The position numbers and the translations under genes are program-made. From a virus (lineage: Duplodnaviria > Caudoviricetes), in IMG/VR virus record IMGVR_UViG_3300049261_000008, positions 1 to 29,264 of that record: a stretch of 29,264 bases of DNA; one strand, given 5' to 3'. The notes beneath the pieces were generated by a model. The model made no database searches. It was not told the DNA's origin and saw only the letters and a program-made list of their open reading frames with translations. Below are positions 25,044 through 29,264 of the stretch, piece by piece (the first letter of the stretch is position 1; every line of letters begins with the position of its first letter).

Positions 25044-25960
25044 TAGAATAAGACCCCTTGCTTGCGTGGGAGTGAATACGGATGATAATGCGGTGTCGTC
25101 TTGAAACGATCTAACCAAGCGCGGGTAAGCTGCGTATGACGCGCCCGTTCAAATCCCAACTGATCAATTGCCGGCTTCATGTAGGTGTTATCGCGCCATT
25201 CGCCATAGCCCCATTGCCCAAAGATCGGATGTGTGGTCGGTCCTACGCTATCAGTGCTTACCTTGATCCCCCATTGCTGGCACTCCCATAACAGCACGCC
25301 TAAAGCCTTCGGATAAATTACCCCCCAGATGTGAATGTGCTTAATCCCTTCTTTGCCGAGAAAGGGCACAACCAAGGCCACTGTTTCACGGAACACGGGC
25401 ATCATCACGGCGGGCATCTTGCCGATAATGCACCACCCACCGAAGCCGAAGTAATCCCCCGCTTGCATAAAGGGCATGAGACGTTTGGCGCATCTGAGAT
25501 ACTGAGGCGCGTCAACGCCCTGCGCTGAGACGACCAGAGAGTAATGGAAATCGCGATGCTCATTGAGAAATTGCGCAGCCGCGACGGTCGTATCAACAGC
25601 AGATTCAGCATCCAACACCGACCAGCGGCGTTTAAAGCGATTGCCGTTATCCCAAACCTCGTCTATGAGAAGGTCATAGGTTGCCCGATGGGTGATTTGT
25701 TCCCAATAACCATAACGATGTGCGTGATTCTCTTGCCGCTTCAGAGCCTCAGAAAAGGTCAACCGCTCATTCCAATTGTCACTAAAGGCCCCGCTATCTT
25801 GAATGATTTTGACATCAGGCGCAAACCCTCCGACGCGATTCATGGTGCGCTTCTTGCGTCCGTAAACAGGGGCTATGCAGGCGTGTGAGCCTGGGGCAAC
25901 TGGGGCGCGGTTCCATGTCGTCTCGCCCCCTAATCCCGCATACAAACGCACGTCACTCAT
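25043..25960 (-). CDS. tRNA-guanine transglycosylase-like protein (DpdA-like DNA transglycosylase)
   Basis: Start MSDVRL at 25960; IIQDSGAFS, TYDLL, SAQG, FGFGG, HIHIWGV, STDS match TGT/DpdA barrel motifs; adjacent QueF-like gene. Confidence 0.75.
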   Translation of the reverse strand: MSDVRLYAGLGGETTWNRAPVAPGSHACIAPVYGRKKRTMNRVGGFAPDVKIIQDSGAFSDNWNERLTFSEALKRQENHAHRYGYWEQITHRATYDLLIDEVWDNGNRFKRRWSVLDAESAVDTTVAAAQFLNEHRDFHYSLVVSAQGVDAPQYLRCAKRLMPFMQAGDYFGFGGWCIIGKMPAVMMPVFRETVALVVPFLGKEGIKHIHIWGVIYPKALGVLLWECQQWGIKVSTDSVGPTTHPIFGQWGYGEWRDNTYMKPAIDQLGFERARHTQLTRAWLDRFKTTPHYHPYSLPRKQGVLF

Positions 25961-26145
25961 TGGCGCCCCTTGTATGGCTTGCGCCAATTCTGAAATGTGC
26001 TTCGCCATACGACGTAATCGACATGCGCAATCTGCCATCCACTTTTACGCGTCGTGCGTGTGGCCTTTAAGTGTCCCTGCGCGCATTCATATTGGATCAT
26101 ACGCACGGTGTATCCGGTCATGTGAGCGATCTCTTGCGCGGTCAT
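25957..26145 (-). CDS. Small HTH (excisionase/MerR-like) DNA-binding protein
   Basis: MTAQEIAHMTGYTVRMIQYECAQGHLKA...WQI pattern. Confidence 0.7.
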   Translation of the reverse strand: MTAQEIAHMTGYTVRMIQYECAQGHLKATRTTRKSGWQIAHVDYVVWRSTFQNWRKPYKGRQ

Positions 26146-26381
26146 CTGGCTAACGTTCTCCCGTGTATACGCGCCCGGTGATGGGCGCTCGTCTCAGCAC
26201 ATTCAAGGCATAACTGGCCGCTGCATTCAATCCGATTGTTCTCCTCATAGCCCACGATGAAATTATGCTCATAGATCACACGCGGATCGTACCCACACGC
26301 TACGCATAAGTCAGGCGTAAAGGGCTTGCTAGTCCCTAAATCGAGATAATAATCAGGCGCTGGCACGGGATTGCGGGTCAT
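26142..26381 (-). CDS. Hypothetical Cys-containing protein
   Basis: Likely start MTRNPV at 26381 with GGAGG RBS and ATGA overlap; CVAC...CLEC. Confidence 0.55.
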   Translation of the reverse strand: MTRNPVPAPDYYLDLGTSKPFTPDLCVACGYDPRVIYEHNFIVGYEENNRIECSGQLCLECAETSAHHRARIHGRTLAR

Positions 26382-28180
26382 ATCAATTCCTCCTGTGTCA
26401 GTCTCAAGAGAGCGATGCCTATCGAACACTCGCGGCGGGTGGCAGCATCCAGGCGGGTGTCTTTGGCATCTCTCAGCAGTCGCTCCACGCGCACGCCAAA
26501 GACCGCGCTGATAAACTCCTCATAGTCCATCGCCCCCGGCCCGCCCAGGATCAGGGACCGAGCCTCCGTCTCGCGCAAGCGCTGATAGATCTCGGCATTG
26601 TTCCCGCCCTCAAAGTAAGCATCTAACGCGGCGTATAAGGGGCGGTCATTATCGAGCACCATGCGCGTGATTTGCCCCATAATCATGTGCGTCTCCTTGC
26701 GCGTGAAATCGTTGATGGACAGGGGCGCAAGCGCATAGGCCAGCGTGTCAGTCGTCACCGTATCGAGGGCGGCATTGGCCCTCTCAAACCAGTAGGCGTC
26801 ATCATTGACGATCAGGCTGTGAATGATCCATTCTTCGAGACATGGCAGCGTCTCAATTTTCGTCACGTGTGGGTTTTTGGGGAGAAGATGAATTTGCGGC
26901 GTGAGCCAGTGTTGCAGCGCTGAAGGGGCGATGCCTGTACGCGAGGCCAGTGTTTCAATATTCGCGATTTGCACAAAGGGATTATCGGATTTGAGCACAG
27001 GGAGAAGCGCCCGTGCCATGTTTGACAGTTGCGCCGGGGAAGGACGATCCCCCAGTGATGACAATTCTTGATCGATCAGCACATCCACCACCGGGCGGCC
27101 GGCGTCTACCGCTGGTTGCCATAATTCAGGCTTCTCTCTGAATGTGTCATCGGGATCTTTGCCGTGTGGGGCAAACATGGCATACAGGGATACACCCTTA
27201 TTGGCGGCATTCGCGGCGTGCTTTTCGACCAGACGACGCAGGGCGGTGCGGCCCGCGTCGTCTTTATCCAGACAGAACACGAGGCGCTCAATCCCCGGTT
27301 GGCACAGGAGGGCAAGCTGCTCGTCTGTCAGGCTTGTGCCCATCTGAGAGACGACGTTGTAAATGCCGCGATTAAGGGCGCTCACGGGGTCTAAGCTACC
27401 TTCTACCACGACAAGGCTAGAAAACGTCTCTATGGCCTTTGTGGATTGATTGGAAGGCGCTCTATGGATAACAGTCGATTTGTTGAATATCTCATTGGTC
27501 GCATTGTGGAGATACTTCGGCGTCTGATCCTTCTCCATTGCACGGCCCGTAAATGCCACGATGCGACCCTTTGTATCGCGTACAGGGATCATGATGCGAT
27601 TGCGGAATGTGTCATAGGGCTTATCGTCTTTGCCCTGCTTGACCATGCCCGCCGCCAGCATGTCATAATCGCTGTATCCGCAGGATCTCAGATGCACACA
27701 AAGGCGAGTCCATTCGTAGGGGGCGTATCCTATGCGGGCCGCTTCAATGGTTTCGAGAGTTAAGCCGCGCTGCCCACAGAGATAATCTAAGGCGGCATCG
27801 TTGTCATACAGGCGGGCGCTATAGAATTGCGCGGCGTGTTCCATTAAGGCGTACAGGTGCTCGCGCTTGTCCTGTTTAGCTCTGTGCTCAAAGGAGAGAG
27901 GTTCAAGCGTTACCCCGGCATAACGCGCCAGTTCGATCAATGCCTCTTGCTTGCTCCACCCGTGATAGGCCATTGCGAAGTCAAACACGTCACCCCCTAC
28001 CCCGCATTTACCACGGCATGTCCAGTGATCGCCCTTCACTTGAAATGAGGGCGTCTTGTCGATATGCCCCGGAAGCGGACAGCAGCATTGCATGAGAGAT
28101 CCGGCGCGTTGGAGATGCGCGTATTGACTGACGTAATCCGCAAGGTCGATAACAAATTTCACCGTGTCAAAGTCGCTCAT
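26378..28180 (-). CDS. dnaG: DNA primase
   Basis: CHC2 zinc finger (CPLPGH.DKTPSF...CRGKC), FRNRIMIP, FTGR, PKYL, TOPRIM VVEGSLD and LDKDDAG. Confidence 0.95.
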   Translation of the reverse strand: MSDFDTVKFVIDLADYVSQYAHLQRAGSLMQCCCPLPGHIDKTPSFQVKGDHWTCRGKCGVGGDVFDFAMAYHGWSKQEALIELARYAGVTLEPLSFEHRAKQDKREHLYALMEHAAQFYSARLYDNDAALDYLCGQRGLTLETIEAARIGYAPYEWTRLCVHLRSCGYSDYDMLAAGMVKQGKDDKPYDTFRNRIMIPVRDTKGRIVAFTGRAMEKDQTPKYLHNATNEIFNKSTVIHRAPSNQSTKAIETFSSLVVVEGSLDPVSALNRGIYNVVSQMGTSLTDEQLALLCQPGIERLVFCLDKDDAGRTALRRLVEKHAANAANKGVSLYAMFAPHGKDPDDTFREKPELWQPAVDAGRPVVDVLIDQELSSLGDRPSPAQLSNMARALLPVLKSDNPFVQIANIETLASRTGIAPSALQHWLTPQIHLLPKNPHVTKIETLPCLEEWIIHSLIVNDDAYWFERANAALDTVTTDTLAYALAPLSINDFTRKETHMIMGQITRMVLDNDRPLYAALDAYFEGGNNAEIYQRLRETEARSLILGGPGAMDYEEFISAVFGVRVERLLRDAKDTRLDAATRRECSIGIALLRLTQEELI

Positions 28181-28182
28181 CG

Positions 28183-29264
28183 TTACGCCTCCTGATTGAC
28201 GAATTTTGTCAGTGATGGAATCTGATTCAGTTTGACAGTGGTTTTTTCGCCCTCGCGATTTTTCAGGAAGATAAGCTCTGTTTCCTGTACGGCCAACCCT
28301 TCCTGTGATTCTTCGGTATAGAGCGCGATCACAATATCAGGGACTTTGCCCATTGAATCGCTCTCGGCTAAGTGTTCCAGGCGGGGACGGTCAACCCCCT
28401 GGCGATTCAGTTGCGCCGCGCTCACCACAGGAACGTTATGTGCCTTTGCCAGACCTCTCAAGACTGTGACCGCCTGGCTCACCATGTCCTTCGGTTTGAT
28501 GGCAGGATGCGCCGGGGCGATGGCGTCGGTGCTGAGTTGATCGAAAAGAATTAAATCCGCACCATGTATCGCCATGTGTTGGTTAACTTTCCCGACGACC
28601 TGCGCCATCGTGGGGATGCCATCGAAAGTGAGATAGAAGAAACGTTCAGCGGCTTCGTGTTCAGCAATCCGATCCATGCATTCCATAAGATAATCGACTT
28701 CGGTTTTTGTAAGCTGTCCCATCTTGATCCGCTTGGAAGAAATACCCGATTCAATCGCCGCCATGCGCAGGGTCATGCTAAGAGGCGTCATTTCAAGCGG
28801 GATGGACAGGACCGTCTCATTGTTGCGCAGGGCGTTAAGCGCCAGACAATTCAGGAAGGCTGACTTCCCTGTGCCGGGGCGACCTGTCACAATCACAAGT
28901 TCCTGACGCTGCCACCCAAACGTCACATCATCAAGCGCCGTAAAGCCTGATAGTACGCCCCAGATGAGCGCATCCCCGGCCATGTGCGATTTATGCGCCG
29001 CCATTGTACGCCGCGCCAGATCGCGCATCGAATCCCGTAGGCTGACTTTGCCATGCCCATCGAGCGCTGAAACCTGTGAGGCGAGGGCGGTTGTTACCTG
29101 CAACATCTTATCCATCATTTGAGGCAGCGAGAGGCTATCATCTTCTGTGATCGTCGCAAGATCCTGTGCACCGCGCTGCGCTTTGCGTTTGACCGAGGCC
29201 TTACGGATGAGCGCCGCGCTTCCCATCACATCCCCTGTATGCGAGGTCATGAGATCTTGCAGCG
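28183..29264 (-). CDS. dnaB: DnaB-like replicative helicase (5' end probably outside the window)
   Basis: Walker A GRPGTGKS, LEM, AQLNR, RPRLEHLAES, KNREG; frame stays open from the track start (29250) to the window edge. Confidence 0.92.
   Translation of the reverse strand, partial: LQDLMTSHTGDVMGSAALIRKASVKRKAQRGAQDLATITEDDSLSLPQMMDKMLQVTTALASQVSALDGHGKVSLRDSMRDLARRTMAAHKSHMAGDALIWGVLSGFTALDDVTFGWQRQELVIVTGRPGTGKSAFLNCLALNALRNNETVLSIPLEMTPLSMTLRMAAIESGISSKRIKMGQLTKTEVDYLMECMDRIAEHEAAERFFYLTFDGIPTMAQVVGKVNQHMAIHGADLILFDQLSTDAIAPAHPAIKPKDMVSQAVTVLRGLAKAHNVPVVSAAQLNRQGVDRPRLEHLAESDSMGKVPDIVIALYTEESQEGLAVQETELIFLKNREGEKTTVKLNQIPSLTKFVNQEA

Noticed and set aside
1-29264. tRNA, rRNA, IS elements, integrase; specific host assignment
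   Set aside because: None recognised by eye and intergenic space is minimal; host cannot be established without a database search.

Overview
The window is a segment of a tailed (siphovirus-like) bacteriophage genome with essentially all genes on the minus strand, many translationally coupled by ATGA/TAATG overlaps. Read in gene direction (high to low coordinates): DnaB-like helicase (cut by the window edge) and DnaG primase; a candidate DNA-hypermodification/nucleotide module (TGT/DpdA-like transglycosylase, divergent QueF-like T-fold protein, MazG-like pyrophosphatase, SLOG-like protein); a ParM-like actin ATPase with a putative adaptor and upstream short repeats; a ParB-like/DNA methyltransferase fusion; small and large terminase; portal fused to a MuF-like domain; putative protease/scaffold; major capsid protein; an HNH endonuclease; then about 6.7 kb holding four glycosyltransferase-like genes and a SAM methyltransferase between capsid and neck genes; neck and tail genes; a tail chaperone with a -1 frameshift site; and the start of a probable tape measure gene. 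The best candidates for an undescribed system are the glycosyltransferase/methyltransferase cluster inside the morphogenesis region (possible methylated virion glycan) and the DpdA-QueF-like-MazG-SLOG operon with non-canonical QueF active-site residues. All family calls come from motif recognition and gene order, not database searches.
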